64,000 bases of DNA from positions 132,472 to 196,471 of the forward strand of contig PLNR01000008.1 of assembly GCA_003141835.1 (NCBI GenBank). Reading direction: 5' to 3'. The first letter of the stretch is position 1; every line of letters begins with the position of its first letter. Below are positions 11,310 to 23,409 of this stretch, one piece after another. The notes under the pieces are model-generated. The model saw nothing but the letters and a program-made list of their open reading frames with translations. It was not told the origin of the DNA and searched no databases. The DNA is from Candidatus Omnitrophota bacterium. Lineage in GTDB: Bacteria > Omnitrophota > Gorgyraeia > Pluralincolimonadales > Pluralincolimonadaceae. A program made the position numbers and the translations under genes.

Positions 11310-14084
11310 TCAGAACTTTACTTCAAGTTCCTTCGTGTCAGCGGGGATCGCGGTTTTATTCTTTCCGAGGACCAGTGTATAACCCCCCGGAGGCGGCGTC
11401 GCGCAATCGATGGACAATTTGACCGAACCATTGGCGCGGGAACTCTCGACCCTGAAAGATACCTTGCCGAAATACGTGGGGGCGTTCTTTATCTCTATGA
11501 CTTTGCCGTCATCGAGCCACGAGTCCGGGATGCAGGACAAAAGCACCAGCTTGTCGCCGTCCTCGCGTAAAAGCATATCTCGCAATAACAGGATATAATG
11601 CGCGGCCGACCAGCCGTGCGGGACGTCGCCTACTATCCCTTCGGTGATCTCCCTCAATCCTTTCGAGTTGACCTTGGTCGGCATCGCCTCCATCCATCCG
11701 CCGGGACAGGATTGGTGCTCTATGCCCCACTCGATGCTCTTGAGCGCGATGTCTTCCATCCCAAGGTATATCAAGGGATGCGCGAGCTTGAAATTATAAC
11801 CCCAGAAGAGCTGTTCGTACTCGACGAACCACCCGCCGTCATATCCCGAGAACTTCCCGGCATTCTTCCAATATTGCTCGTATGAAGTCTTGAACAGCTC
11901 CGTCGGTACCGGGATGCCCATATTCTCTCCCGGGAATAATGCCGGCCTGTGAGCCCACGCCATCTGGGTATCTCCCAGTATGCGGTGGTCCATGTCCTTT
12001 ATGCGCATCTCTTTGGGCCAGTAATCGGCGAACCCGGGCATGAACGACAGCCCGTTCTTCTTCATCGATTTTTCGATGCTCGCGATAGTGGCGGAATGGA
12101 GGCTTTCATATTCGGCCTTCATCCATTTGGCGTCATCGGCTTTTCCGAGTATCTGCGCCGACTCATAAGCCGCCTTCAGGCCGATCATCGCCCACCAGTC
12201 ATCGACGTAAAGGTAAGCGGGTATCTTGAAATTATCCTGGCTTACCCCTTTTGGGAGCAGTCCGTAAGCCACGTCTTCCTTCGGAAGCGACATCTGCGGG
12301 GCGCGGAGCTTCCTGATGAGCTCGCATGCCGATCTCATCCTCGGATATACGGCCTCCAGGTATTTAACGTCCTTTGTCAGCCGGTAATGCTCATAAAGCC
12401 CGAATATGCTGCCGCCTAGCTCGTCGACGTAGCCGCCGCCTTCCTTGTAATTGAAATGATCGGTCGAGGCGAGCGCTTCTTCGGTGAGCCCTGCCTTGTC
12501 GAGCGCGTTATCCATGTCTACCGCGTCATGAAGGTATAATGAGGTATATTCATACGGCCCGGGGAAAAGTTTATGCTCTTCGTCCATTATCAGGATGTAA
12601 TAGAGCGATGAATAAAAACAATCACTGTACCGTTTATCCGGGATGTTCATTACGAGCGGGATGCGGCCTTTCCAGTATTTGAGCGTCAGTTCGAGGGCCT
12701 TATCGAACCCCAGGTCCTTGATATCGTTAAATGACAACTCCGCTCCTGTGCCTGATGGTACGACGAAATCGAGCGACTCGGTCCCGCCGGCAGGTATCAT
12801 TTTTTTGTAAGAGAGCGAATCCTTCAGGTCTTTGCCGAGAGGGCCTTCCGCCCTTTCATCGAGGAAGAGCCGCGGCGCGCCGTTTATCTTTACGGTATGG
12901 TCGGCGTCGTATTCGATCGTCTTCATATCCGTAACTTTCCATTTGGGATATAGCGGGTTGGGGCGTATTACCGCCATGATCGCCACTTCCTTGTCCTGCG
13001 CGCTTGTATTCTTGACAGATTCCCTTGCGAAGGTCAGCACTTTTCCGAGTTTTTCATCGAGCCAGGAGAATATCTTCGTCTCGCCTTCAATGCCGTCGCC
13101 CTTCCACGATACGACCGTTATCGGGTATCCGCCATCGACCAATCTCCAATCGGTATGGAGAGTTTCCGGCGTATAGAGCCGGCCGTTATCATTTACCCAG
13201 AAACTGACCCTGAACGGGTAAGGATAGACGGCAAAAGAACCGTCCTTTCCTATGAAAGTCTTGAATTTGGAACCCTCCCAGCCGGAGAGCCCGCGGGCCT
13301 TGTCCAGGCCCTTGTGTTTGGCGATATCGTCCCAGTCCTTGAATTCGATCTTCTTCATCACACTTTCCTTCCCTTTGTTGTCTTCACAGTTGATCTTAAT
13401 GTGGCGTTTCCCGAATATGTTAGCATATATCCTGTCCTGTCCGCCAGCGCAAACCTCTTTATTATAGACTGTCTTCCAGGCCTTATCTTCGGCCTCGGTC
13501 TCTACGCGGTACGATACGGGATGGTCCTCTCCCCACGTTATAAATAAAGCGCCGATGTTCCTGTCCTTCTTGAGCTCGATCGAGATCGTGGTCCTGCCGT
13601 TATCGCTCGAGGTCTTTATCGGTATCTCGTCATCGAGCCCTTTGATCCTGATCTCCCAGATCGAATATCCCCACGCCGTGCCGCGTTCTTTAAAGTCCAG
13701 TTTTATGAATCGCGCTTTCTTCCTCCCGAAATATACGTCATCGACTACGCCTTCGCCATCGGACGTGGAATAGGCGTCCTCCCAATTTTTCCCGTCTTCC
13801 GATATGAGGACGTCATAGGATCTCGCGTATGCGGCCTCCCAGTTTATGATCAGGCCGACGAGGTCTTCGCTCTTACCGAGGTCTATCTGGAGCCATTGCC
13901 TGTCGGAGAAGGTGCTTGACCAGCGCGTTTGGGAATTATTATCGAAGGCGTTAGAAGGGCTTACCGAGTCATTCTCGCGGGATGACGCGGTGACCGTCGC
14001 GGCGTTTACGCCCGGGGATATTACCGCAAGCGAGGCCGCCAGGATGATAAGAGATGCTATGGATAAAAATGGCAGTTTTTTCAC
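11310..14084 (-). CDS. Secreted discoidin (F5/8 type C, CBM32-like) domain protein with C-terminal (alpha/alpha)6 glycosidase-like domain
   Basis: Signal peptide; [27 protein letters not shown]; C-terminal GLLPKG, YVDDWW, GDVPHGW; paralogous to 55890..59123. Confidence 0.75.
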   Translation of the reverse strand: MKKLPFLSIASLIILAASLAVISPGVNAATVTASSRENDSVSPSNAFDNNSQTRWSSTFSDRQWLQIDLGKSEDLVGLIINWEAAYARSYDVLISEDGKNWEDAYSTSDGEGVVDDVYFGRKKARFIKLDFKERGTAWGYSIWEIRIKGLDDEIPIKTSSDNGRTTISIELKKDRNIGALFITWGEDHPVSYRVETEAEDKAWKTVYNKEVCAGGQDRIYANIFGKRHIKINCEDNKGKESVMKKIEFKDWDDIAKHKGLDKARGLSGWEGSKFKTFIGKDGSFAVYPYPFRVSFWVNDNGRLYTPETLHTDWRLVDGGYPITVVSWKGDGIEGETKIFSWLDEKLGKVLTFARESVKNTSAQDKEVAIMAVIRPNPLYPKWKVTDMKTIEYDADHTVKINGAPRLFLDERAEGPLGKDLKDSLSYKKMIPAGGTESLDFVVPSGTGAELSFNDIKDLGFDKALELTLKYWKGRIPLVMNIPDKRYSDCFYSSLYYILIMDEEHKLFPGPYEYTSLYLHDAVDMDNALDKAGLTEEALASTDHFNYKEGGGYVDELGGSIFGLYEHYRLTKDVKYLEAVYPRMRSACELIRKLRAPQMSLPKEDVAYGLLPKGVSQDNFKIPAYLYVDDWWAMIGLKAAYESAQILGKADDAKWMKAEYESLHSATIASIEKSMKKNGLSFMPGFADYWPKEMRIKDMDHRILGDTQMAWAHRPALFPGENMGIPVPTELFKTSYEQYWKNAGKFSGYDGGWFVEYEQLFWGYNFKLAHPLIYLGMEDIALKSIEWGIEHQSCPGGWMEAMPTKVNSKGLREITEGIVGDVPHGWSAAHYILLLRDMLLREDGDKLVLLSCIPDSWLDDGKVIEIKNAPTYFGKVSFRVESSRANGSVKLSIDCATPPPGGYTLVLGKNKTAIPADTKELEVKF

Positions 14085-14419
14085 TTTTTTTCCGCCCTAT
14101 ACATTACGACGTTAGCTTTTTCCAGGGTGACGAGACCTTCCTTCACCATTTCATCCAGGTGCGGGATGAACCGGCTTATATTCTCTTCGCTGTCGACCAT
14201 CTCTATTATTATCGGCAGGTCGGATGAGAGCTCGAGAAGTTTTGCCGTGTGCATGCGGCTCTTGCAGCCGAAACCCATAGACCCCCTGACGACGGTTGCG
14301 CCGGCCATGCCTTCTTTCCTTGCGAGCAGCACTATCTCCTCGTAGAGCGGCTTCCCTTCCCATCTATCCGCTTCGCCGATAAAAATCCTGAGAAGCTTGC
14401 CTTCGGTGGGGATCTTCAC
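14081..14419 (-). CDS. DUF190 (PII-like) protein
   Basis: LLRIFIGEADRWEGKPLYEEIV..GMAGATVVRG..LSSDLPIIIE; typical crcB partner. Confidence 0.9.
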   Translation of the reverse strand: MKIPTEGKLLRIFIGEADRWEGKPLYEEIVLLARKEGMAGATVVRGSMGFGCKSRMHTAKLLELSSDLPIIIEMVDSEENISRFIPHLDEMVKEGLVTLEKANVVMYRAEKK

Positions 14420-14431
14420 ATTGCCTCCTCG

Positions 14432-14806
14432 TTAGATTAGTTCGCCCGCAAGTACGCCTATCCTGAATACGACAAAACCAACGATAACGCTTATCAACAC
14501 GTTCAATAATGCCCTGAAAGTCTCGCCGTCCTTCATCAGGTTGGCTGTCTCCAGGATGAACGTGGAAAAGGTGGTGAACGCGCCGCAGAACCCGATCATG
14601 AGGAATATGCGGATATTCGTTCCGAAAAGGAATTTCTCCTCGGTGATAGCCGCGAGGAAGCCGATGATAAAGCATCCGGTAAGGTTTACCACGAGCGTCC
14701 CGTATGGGAAGTCGGCTCCGAGGGTCCTGTACGTGAAGACGGAGAGCGCATACCTCGCTACCGTCCCTATGGCGCCTCCTACAAGGAGCTGGATCAATTT
14801 TGACAT
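14432..14806 (-). CDS. crcB: Fluoride channel CrcB/FluC
   Basis: GGAIGTVARY, FPYGTLVVN, GFCGAFTTFSTF. Confidence 0.96.
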   Translation of the reverse strand: MSKLIQLLVGGAIGTVARYALSVFTYRTLGADFPYGTLVVNLTGCFIIGFLAAITEEKFLFGTNIRIFLMIGFCGAFTTFSTFILETANLMKDGETFRALLNVLISVIVGFVVFRIGVLAGELI

Positions 14807-14810
14807 CGCG

Positions 14811-15638
14811 CTATTCCACTATCTCCAAAGAAAAGTCGATCGCCCTGGCCGAATGAGTGAGCGCGCCGATCGATATCATATCTACGCCGGTCGAAGCCAT
14901 CCTTTTTACGTTCTTCAGGTTCACACCGCCTGAAACTTCCAGCTTAAGCTCGTAATGGCCGTCATTGCGCATAGCCGTTGCAGTCTTAATGTCCTTCAGG
15001 CCCATATTATCGAGCATGATAATGTCAGGGTTCAACCTGATAGCCTCTTTGAATTGCCGTAAGTCCTGGACCTCTACTTCGACTTTTACCTTCCTCCTGC
15101 GGGAAGATCCCATGACGCGAGCGACGGCATTCCAATCGTATCCGAGCGCGGCGAGATGGTTGTCCTTTATCAGCACCTGGTCGTGGAGGCCTATGCGATG
15201 GTTGGTGCCGCCCCCGGTCTTAACCGCGTATTTCTCAAGTAACCGCAATCCGGGGGTCGTCTTGCGCGTATCCATTATCTTCGTCTTATAAGGCCTTACG
15301 GCTTCCAGAAATTGCGCCGTGAGCGTAGATATTCCCGAGAGGCGGCTTAAAAAATTCAACGAGGTCCTTTCGGCGCTGAGCACGGCTTTCGCGTCACCTT
15401 CTATATACGCGATCTGCTGTTCCGGGCGTATCCGTTCGCCATCCATCGCCAGCGGCATGAATTTTATCTTTGAGCTGCGCATGACGAAAACCGCCATGGC
15501 TATTGTGATGCCGCAGAGCACCCCTTCTCCGCCGGATATTATTACTGCTTGTATCGTCTTCGGCTTAGGGAAGAGCGCATCGGTCGTGATATCCCCGGCC
15601 CCGATATCTTCATCGAGGGCACGGCGTATCATCTCCAA
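14811..15638 (-). CDS. nadC: Quinolinate phosphoribosyltransferase
   Basis: EDIGAGDIT, DTRKTTPGLR, NHR, LIKDNH, MLDN, SGG; exact start uncertain (TTG 15638 or ATG 15632). Confidence 0.95.
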   Translation of the reverse strand: MEMIRRALDEDIGAGDITTDALFPKPKTIQAVIISGGEGVLCGITIAMAVFVMRSSKIKFMPLAMDGERIRPEQQIAYIEGDAKAVLSAERTSLNFLSRLSGISTLTAQFLEAVRPYKTKIMDTRKTTPGLRLLEKYAVKTGGGTNHRIGLHDQVLIKDNHLAALGYDWNAVARVMGSSRRRKVKVEVEVQDLRQFKEAIRLNPDIIMLDNMGLKDIKTATAMRNDGHYELKLEVSGGVNLKNVKRMASTGVDMISIGALTHSARAIDFSLEIVE

Positions 15639-15652
15639 AATATCCTTGTCGG

Positions 15653-18304
15653 CTAGCTCTCTAATCGTTTTAAGTTCTCCCTTAATTTTTCCAAAGATAC
15701 CTTTGCCTCGGAGAGCTTCTCTTTCTCCTTGTCGATAATATCTTTCGGCGCCCTCTCAGCGAAATTCTTGTTGTTCAACTTCGCTTCGATGGATTTAACA
15801 TACTTCTCGAGCTCGCCGGCTTTCGACATCATCTTCTTCTTTTCCGCCTCGATGTCAACAAGCCCCTCGAGCGGCACGCATATCTCGCAATCTCCGAATA
15901 CCGCGACTGAAGAGGCCTTCGGCCGTTTCAATTTATCCGTGACCTCGAGCGACTCAAGCCTCCCGAGGTTCTTTATATAATCGAGTGATTTGTCGATGGT
16001 GGTCCTTTTCTTTTCGCTATCGACCACCACTATCGCCTTACATGTCTTCTGCGGAGGGATGTTCACCTCGGCGCGGATATTCCTGATGGCGGTTATTATG
16101 CCTATCGCGAGGTCCATCTCTTCTTCCACTTTTTTATCTATAAGGTCTTTCTGCAAGTGCGGCCATGGCTGGATCATTATCGAGTCCCTCTTGTGCGGCA
16201 GGATGCTCCATATCTCCTCGGTAAGGAACGGCATGATCGGATGCAGCAGCCTCAGGCTCTTCTCCAACACCTTATATAGGATCACCTGTGTATTCTTTTC
16301 TTTTATACGGCTCTTTGCTATCTCCAGATACCAGTCGCAATATTTATGCCAGATGAAGTCGTAGAGCAGGTTCGCAGCCTCGCTGAACCTGTACGATTCA
16401 AGGGCCTTCTCCAGGTCTTCCAGCGTCGAATAGAGGTTGCTGAGTATCCACCTGTCGGCGAGGGTCAGGTCCGCGGACTTGTATAAGACGCACAGGTCCG
16501 TGTCGACGTCTTCAGAGAGGTTTGTCATGACGAACCTCGACGCGTTCCATATCTTATTCGCGAAATTCCTTCCGACCTGGAATTTTTCCTTCGACAGGAA
16601 TACGTCCTGGCCTACCGCGGTGATCGAGATGATGCTGAACCTCAGCGCGTCGGTCCCGTACTCGTCTATTATTTCGATAGGGTCGATGATATTGCCGAGG
16701 GATTTGGACATCTTCGCGCCGGTCTCGTCGCGCACCGTGCCGTGGATGTAAATATCCCTGAACGGAGCATCGCCCATGAACTCGTATCCTGCCATTATCA
16801 TGCGCGCTACCCAGAAGAATATTATATCCTGGGCAGTTACCAGCGTAGATGTCGGATAGAAATACGCGAGGTCCTTTGTCTTGTCCGGCCAGCCGAACGT
16901 CGAGAACGGCCAGAGCCATGAAGAGAACCAGGTATCGAGGACGTCCTCGTCCTGGACGATATCAGTCCCGCCGCAATCCGGGCATTTCTGCGGTTTCGAG
17001 CGCGCTACTATTATCCCTTTCTTCCCCTCGGTCGCTTTCTCGCACTTCCTGCAATAATAGACGGGTATCCTGTGGCCCCACCATATCTGCCTCGAGATGC
17101 ACCAGTCGCGGATATTCTCCATCCAGTCGAGATATACCTTGCTCCAGCGTTCCGGGTAGAATTTTATCTTGCCGCTTTTGGCCGCCTCTATGCCGGGCTT
17201 TGCGAGTGGTTTCATCTTCACGAACCACTGTAATGAAAGGTAGGGTTCGACGACAGTGTGGCACCTGTAACAGTGCCCGACCGAATGCGCGTGCTGGTCG
17301 ATCTTCTCGAGCAGGCCCATCTCTTTCAGGTCCTCGATTATCGCCTCACGCGCCTCGAACCTGTCCATCCCCGCGTAATCCCCCGCATTCTTGCTCATAC
17401 TGCCGTCGGGGTCCATCACGACTATAGGCTCAAGGCTGTGGCGCCTGCCCATGTCAAAGTCGTTGGGGTCGTGTGCAGGGGTCACTTTGACCGCGCCTGT
17501 GCCGAATTCCGGGTCAACGATATCGTCGGCGATGACCTTGATCTCCCTGTTCATAAGCGGGAGTATTAAAATCTCGCCTACCAGGTTCTTATATCTTTCG
17601 TCCTTCGGATTAACTGCGACCGCGACGTCACCTAACATCGTCTCCGGGCGCGTCGTAGCCACTGTGACGTGCCTCTTCTCGCCTTTTACCGGGTATTTAA
17701 TGTAATAGAGCAGGCCGTTAAGGTCTTTGTGCTGTGCCTCTTCATCACTTAACGCCGTCTGGCACCTCGGGCACCAGTTGATTATATAATTGCCGCGGTA
17801 GATCAGGCCTTTCTCGTAAAGGCGGATGAAGACCTCGTTTACCGCGTCTGAAAGCCCCTCGTCCATCGTGAAACGCGTGCGGTCCCAGTCGCACGAACAG
17901 CCGAGCCTTTTAAGCTGCGAGATTATGGTCGTCCCGTACTGCTCGCGCCACTGCCAGACGCGTTCTATGAATTTTTCGCGGCCTAAGTCCTGCCTTTTCT
18001 TCCCCTCTTTGGCCAGCATCTTCTCGACCACATTTTGTGTGGCGATGCCTGCGTGGTCAGTCCCGGGAAGCCACTCGGCGTTCCAGCCCTGCATCCTCCG
18101 CCACCTTATGATGATATCCTGGATCGTGTCGTTGAGGGCATGGCCCATATGGAGGATGCCGGTAATATTAGGCGGCGGGATGACTATCGTATAGGGCTTG
18201 CGTTTCGGGTCAGGTTCGGCGTGGAAGAGTTTCTTGGATTCCCAGAGCTTATACCATTTGTCTTCCGTTGCCTTCGGGTTGTAAGCAGAAGGGATCTCTG
18301 GCAT
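15653..18304 (-). CDS. valS: Valine--tRNA ligase
   Basis: PPPNITGILHMGH, KMSKS, DWCISRQIWWGH; real start MPEIPSAYNP at 18304 (the ORF-track extension overlaps cimA). Confidence 0.98.
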   Translation of the reverse strand: MPEIPSAYNPKATEDKWYKLWESKKLFHAEPDPKRKPYTIVIPPPNITGILHMGHALNDTIQDIIIRWRRMQGWNAEWLPGTDHAGIATQNVVEKMLAKEGKKRQDLGREKFIERVWQWREQYGTTIISQLKRLGCSCDWDRTRFTMDEGLSDAVNEVFIRLYEKGLIYRGNYIINWCPRCQTALSDEEAQHKDLNGLLYYIKYPVKGEKRHVTVATTRPETMLGDVAVAVNPKDERYKNLVGEILILPLMNREIKVIADDIVDPEFGTGAVKVTPAHDPNDFDMGRRHSLEPIVVMDPDGSMSKNAGDYAGMDRFEAREAIIEDLKEMGLLEKIDQHAHSVGHCYRCHTVVEPYLSLQWFVKMKPLAKPGIEAAKSGKIKFYPERWSKVYLDWMENIRDWCISRQIWWGHRIPVYYCRKCEKATEGKKGIIVARSKPQKCPDCGGTDIVQDEDVLDTWFSSWLWPFSTFGWPDKTKDLAYFYPTSTLVTAQDIIFFWVARMIMAGYEFMGDAPFRDIYIHGTVRDETGAKMSKSLGNIIDPIEIIDEYGTDALRFSIISITAVGQDVFLSKEKFQVGRNFANKIWNASRFVMTNLSEDVDTDLCVLYKSADLTLADRWILSNLYSTLEDLEKALESYRFSEAANLLYDFIWHKYCDWYLEIAKSRIKEKNTQVILYKVLEKSLRLLHPIMPFLTEEIWSILPHKRDSIMIQPWPHLQKDLIDKKVEEEMDLAIGIITAIRNIRAEVNIPPQKTCKAIVVVDSEKKRTTIDKSLDYIKNLGRLESLEVTDKLKRPKASSVAVFGDCEICVPLEGLVDIEAEKKKMMSKAGELEKYVKSIEAKLNNKNFAERAPKDIIDKEKEKLSEAKVSLEKLRENLKRLES

Positions 18305-18305
18305 A

Positions 18306-19874
<1,569 letters not shown>

Positions 19875-19886
19875 ATTATCTGCCTC

Positions 19887-21113
19887 TTATTTTGCTTTTT
19901 TCAGGTCAAATTCGTCATGGAGCACTTTAAGCGCCAGTTCAGCGTGCTTCTTCCCTATGACGCAGGATATCTTTATCTCGGATGTGGATATCATCTCGAT
20001 GTTTATCTTCTTCGATGCCAGCGCCTTGAACATCCGCGCGGCGATACCGGCGTGGCTTCTCATTCCGATGCCGACTATCGATATCTTGGCGATATCCTCG
20101 TCCTTCACTACCTCGCCCGCGCCTATCTCTTTGGCGACCCTCTTGGCGACCTTCATTGTCTTGGCGAGGTCCTCGGTCAGGACGGTGAATGAAACATCGG
20201 TAGTCCCGGTGCGTCCTACGTTCTGGACGATCATGTCGATGACGATATTATTAATGCCCAATTCCTTGAATATGATGGCCGCGATGCCCGGCTTGTCAGG
20301 CACGTCGCAGATAGTTATCTTCGCTTCGTCTTTTTGCAGCGCTACACCGCTTACGTCGATTTTTTCCATCGATTTTGCCTCCTTGCAGATTATAGTCCCT
20401 TCGGCGTTCGAGAAACTCGAGCGGACATGTATGGGCATATCATAACGCTTGCCGTATTCCACCGACCTCGCCTGCATGACCTTCGCGCCCAGCGAGGCGA
20501 GTTCGAGCATTTCATCATAACTTATCTTAGAAAGTTTTTTTGCGTTCTTGACTATCCTCGGGTCGGCGGTATAGACCCCGTCTACGTCGGTATATATCTC
20601 GCATATCTTCGCGCCGAGCGCGCTCGCCAGGGCTACGGCGGTCAGGTCGCTTCCGCCTCGGCCGAGGGTGGTGATCTCTTTCTTTATGCTCATCCCCTGG
20701 AACCCGGCGACTACGACGACCCTGCCTTCCTTCAATTGTTCCTTTATCCTGTCAGCCGCCGATATGTTAAGTATGCGGGCCTTGGTGTGGATGTTATCGG
20801 TTATGATGCCGACCTGCGCGCCGGTAAAGGATATCGCGGGCGCGCCGAGCTTCTCGACTGCCATGGCCAGGAGGGCGCATGATATCTGCTCGCCGGTCGA
20901 GATGAGCATGTCCATCTCGCGTTCTGACGGGTCGTCGGTGACCTTATAGGCCAGTTCGATGAGCTCGTCGGTGGTGTCTCCGAGCGCCGATACAACGACC
21001 ACGACGTCATGGCCTTCTTTCTTGTAGCGCACGACGCGCTTGGCTACGTTTATGATCCTCTCGGGATTCGCAACGGAAGATCCGCCGTATTTTTGGACGA
21101 TTAGTGATCCCAC
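19887..21113 (-). CDS. lysC: Aspartate kinase
   Basis: VQKYGGSSV, TTLGRGGSD, YTDVDG, two ACT domains. Confidence 0.96.
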   Translation of the reverse strand: MGSLIVQKYGGSSVANPERIINVAKRVVRYKKEGHDVVVVVSALGDTTDELIELAYKVTDDPSEREMDMLISTGEQISCALLAMAVEKLGAPAISFTGAQVGIITDNIHTKARILNISAADRIKEQLKEGRVVVVAGFQGMSIKKEITTLGRGGSDLTAVALASALGAKICEIYTDVDGVYTADPRIVKNAKKLSKISYDEMLELASLGAKVMQARSVEYGKRYDMPIHVRSSFSNAEGTIICKEAKSMEKIDVSGVALQKDEAKITICDVPDKPGIAAIIFKELGINNIVIDMIVQNVGRTGTTDVSFTVLTEDLAKTMKVAKRVAKEIGAGEVVKDEDIAKISIVGIGMRSHAGIAARMFKALASKKINIEMISTSEIKISCVIGKKHAELALKVLHDEFDLKKAK

Positions 21114-21134
21114 TTTTATTCTGCCTTCCTCCTT

Positions 21135-22334
21135 TTAGCTCTTAATGAAGTATTCCATAAGCTCGTGGCCGTGCCCGAAGGCAAGCCCGGTCGCCTTTGC
21201 CGACGCTTCGCTGTATTCCTGGGCCCCGTTAGGGGCGAAACCCTTGCCGAATACCGCGAACGGCACCGGTTCGGCAGTATGGGTCCGGAGCGATACAGGG
21301 GTATTATGGTCCGGCAGTACCATTACCCTGAAATCTTCTTGTTTCTTGAATTTATCGAGGATCGCTCCTACGATAAACCTGTCGAAATTCTCTATTGCTG
21401 CCATCTTCGCGCGCAGGTCTCCGTTGTGGCCGGCCTCATCAGGCGCCTCTACGTGCACGAAAACGAAATCCTTGTCCTTAAGTGAATCTATCGCGTATTT
21501 CGCCTTGCCCTGGTAATTGGTGTCGTAGTAGCCGGTCGCGCCCGGTACATTTATGACATCCAGCCCTATCAACTTGCCTATGCCTTTTATCAGGTCGACC
21601 GCAGAGATGACCGAGCCGGTGACGCCGAACTTGTCGCTGAACTTCGGCATGTTCGTCTCAACGCCCTGTCCCCATAGCCATATCATGTCGGCCGGGTTCT
21701 CTTTCAGGTCTATCCTCACATGGTTGACTTCGTGGCCCGAAAGTATTGCCCTCGAATCTTCCATTAGCTTTATAAGGAATTTCGCGCCGTCGCCCTTCGG
21801 CAAGTGGCCTTTTATCTCCATACCCGTTATGTCGTGCGGCGGCTCGCAATGGGTCTCGCGCAGCGCCTCTTTCAATGACCCGTCCCTGACTATAATCAGG
21901 TGCCTGTAGCTTACGCCCGGATAGAATTTTATCTTCTCCGAGCCGAGTTTTTTGTCGAGAAATTTTATCAAGGTAGCCGCTTCTTCGGAGGTTATATGCC
22001 CCGCCGAGTAATCGGCCATACGTTCCTTATCAATGGTAACAAGGTTGCACCGGAACGCGATGTCATCCGGCCCGAGCTTAATCCCCATGTTCGCGGCCTC
22101 GAGCGGCCCGCGGCCCGAATAATACTTCACCGGGTCATAACCGATTATCGAGAGGTTCGCGACATCGGAAGCCGGCGCTAAACCTTGCGGTATGGTATGG
22201 ACCAGGCCCGCCCTGCCGTTCTTGGCTATGAAATCCATGTTCGGGACTTTGGCGGCCTCGAGCGGCGTCTTGTTCCCGAGTTCCTTGATAGGATAATCCG
22301 CCATGCCGTCGCCGACCAGGACGATATATTTCAT
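21135..22334 (-). CDS. apgM: ApgM-type cofactor-independent phosphoglycerate mutase / proposed homoserine kinase
   Basis: GDGMAD, SDVANLS, GRGPLEA, HVEAPDEAGH, PDH; located in the thr cluster. Confidence 0.85.
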   Translation of the reverse strand: MKYIVLVGDGMADYPIKELGNKTPLEAAKVPNMDFIAKNGRAGLVHTIPQGLAPASDVANLSIIGYDPVKYYSGRGPLEAANMGIKLGPDDIAFRCNLVTIDKERMADYSAGHITSEEAATLIKFLDKKLGSEKIKFYPGVSYRHLIIVRDGSLKEALRETHCEPPHDITGMEIKGHLPKGDGAKFLIKLMEDSRAILSGHEVNHVRIDLKENPADMIWLWGQGVETNMPKFSDKFGVTGSVISAVDLIKGIGKLIGLDVINVPGATGYYDTNYQGKAKYAIDSLKDKDFVFVHVEAPDEAGHNGDLRAKMAAIENFDRFIVGAILDKFKKQEDFRVMVLPDHNTPVSLRTHTAEPVPFAVFGKGFAPNGAQEYSEASAKATGLAFGHGHELMEYFIKS

Positions 22335-22337
22335 CTA

Positions 22338-23405
22338 TTATATGCCTATTGCCTTGAGGACCGACTTCATATCGGCCTTGACAGATTTTGGTTTACTTAA
22401 AGTCGAGATAGCCCTGTCCGGGTCTTTCAAGCCGTGGCCGGTCAGGATACATACGATCTTTATCTTTTTTGCCGGGTTCTTCTTGAAGAAACCCTTGCGC
22501 ATCATCTTCATGAGGCCGGCCACAGACGCGGCCGAAGCAGGCTCGGCGAATATGCCTTCTCTTAATGCAATATATTGGTAGGCATCAAGTATCTCTTTAT
22601 CCGAGACCATGTCTATGGTCCCGCCTGATTCATCGCGCGCAGCCTCGGCTTTCTCCCAGCTCGCCGGGTTGCCTATCCTTATCGCGGTCGCGATGGTCTC
22701 GGGATGCTCGACGATATGCCCCCTTACGATAGGCGCCGCGCCTTCGGCCTGGAAGCCCATCATCTTCGGGAGCGCTTTAATCTTCCCGTATTCCTTGAAT
22801 TCCTTATAGCCCTTCCAATACGCGGTGATATTCCCGGCGTTGCCGACAGGGATAAAATGGTAATCCGGCGCAGACTCGAGCGCCTCGCAGATCTCGAACG
22901 CCCCGGTCTTCTGCCCTTCGATCCTGTACGGGTTCAGGGAATTGACAAGGGTTATCGGATGTTTATCGGTTATCTCTTTTACGAGTTCCAAAGCCTCATC
23001 GAAATTCCCTTTAATGGCTAATACCTCGGCGCCGTAGATTATCGCCTGCGCCAATTTGCCTAGGGCAATTTTGCCCTCAGGGATAAGGACGATGCATTTG
23101 ATCCCTGCGCGAGCAGCATACGCGGCTGCAGAGGCAGAAGTATTACCGGTCGAGGCGCACATTATCGCTTTCGAGCCCTCTTCGACGGCCTTCGAGACGG
23201 CCATGGTCATGCCGCGGTCCTTGAACGAACCGGTCGGGTTAGACCCGTCGAACTTTAAATAGACTTCGTATCCTTTTCCGAGCTTATTGCTTAAATTGCA
23301 GGAATAGATAAGCGGGGTATTGCCCTCGTTAAGGGTGATTACCGGGGTCTTCGCAGAGACCGGAAGGTATTTCCTGTATTTGTCTATCAGTCCTCGCCAC
23401 ATCAT
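22338..23405 (-). CDS. thrC: Threonine synthase
   Basis: [40 protein letters not shown]. Confidence 0.96.
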   Translation of the reverse strand: MMWRGLIDKYRKYLPVSAKTPVITLNEGNTPLIYSCNLSNKLGKGYEVYLKFDGSNPTGSFKDRGMTMAVSKAVEEGSKAIMCASTGNTSASAAAYAARAGIKCIVLIPEGKIALGKLAQAIIYGAEVLAIKGNFDEALELVKEITDKHPITLVNSLNPYRIEGQKTGAFEICEALESAPDYHFIPVGNAGNITAYWKGYKEFKEYGKIKALPKMMGFQAEGAAPIVRGHIVEHPETIATAIRIGNPASWEKAEAARDESGGTIDMVSDKEILDAYQYIALREGIFAEPASAASVAGLMKMMRKGFFKKNPAKKIKIVCILTGHGLKDPDRAISTLSKPKSVKADMKSVLKAIGI

Positions 23406-23409
23406 TTTT

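Noticed and set aside
14807-14900. Fluoride riboswitch before crcB
   Set aside because: Only 4 nt separate nadC and crcB, and no motif was seen
15632-15681. ATT start for nadC at 15665
   Set aside because: Canonical TTG and ATG starts with a plausible AAGGA SD exist, so a non-canonical start is not needed
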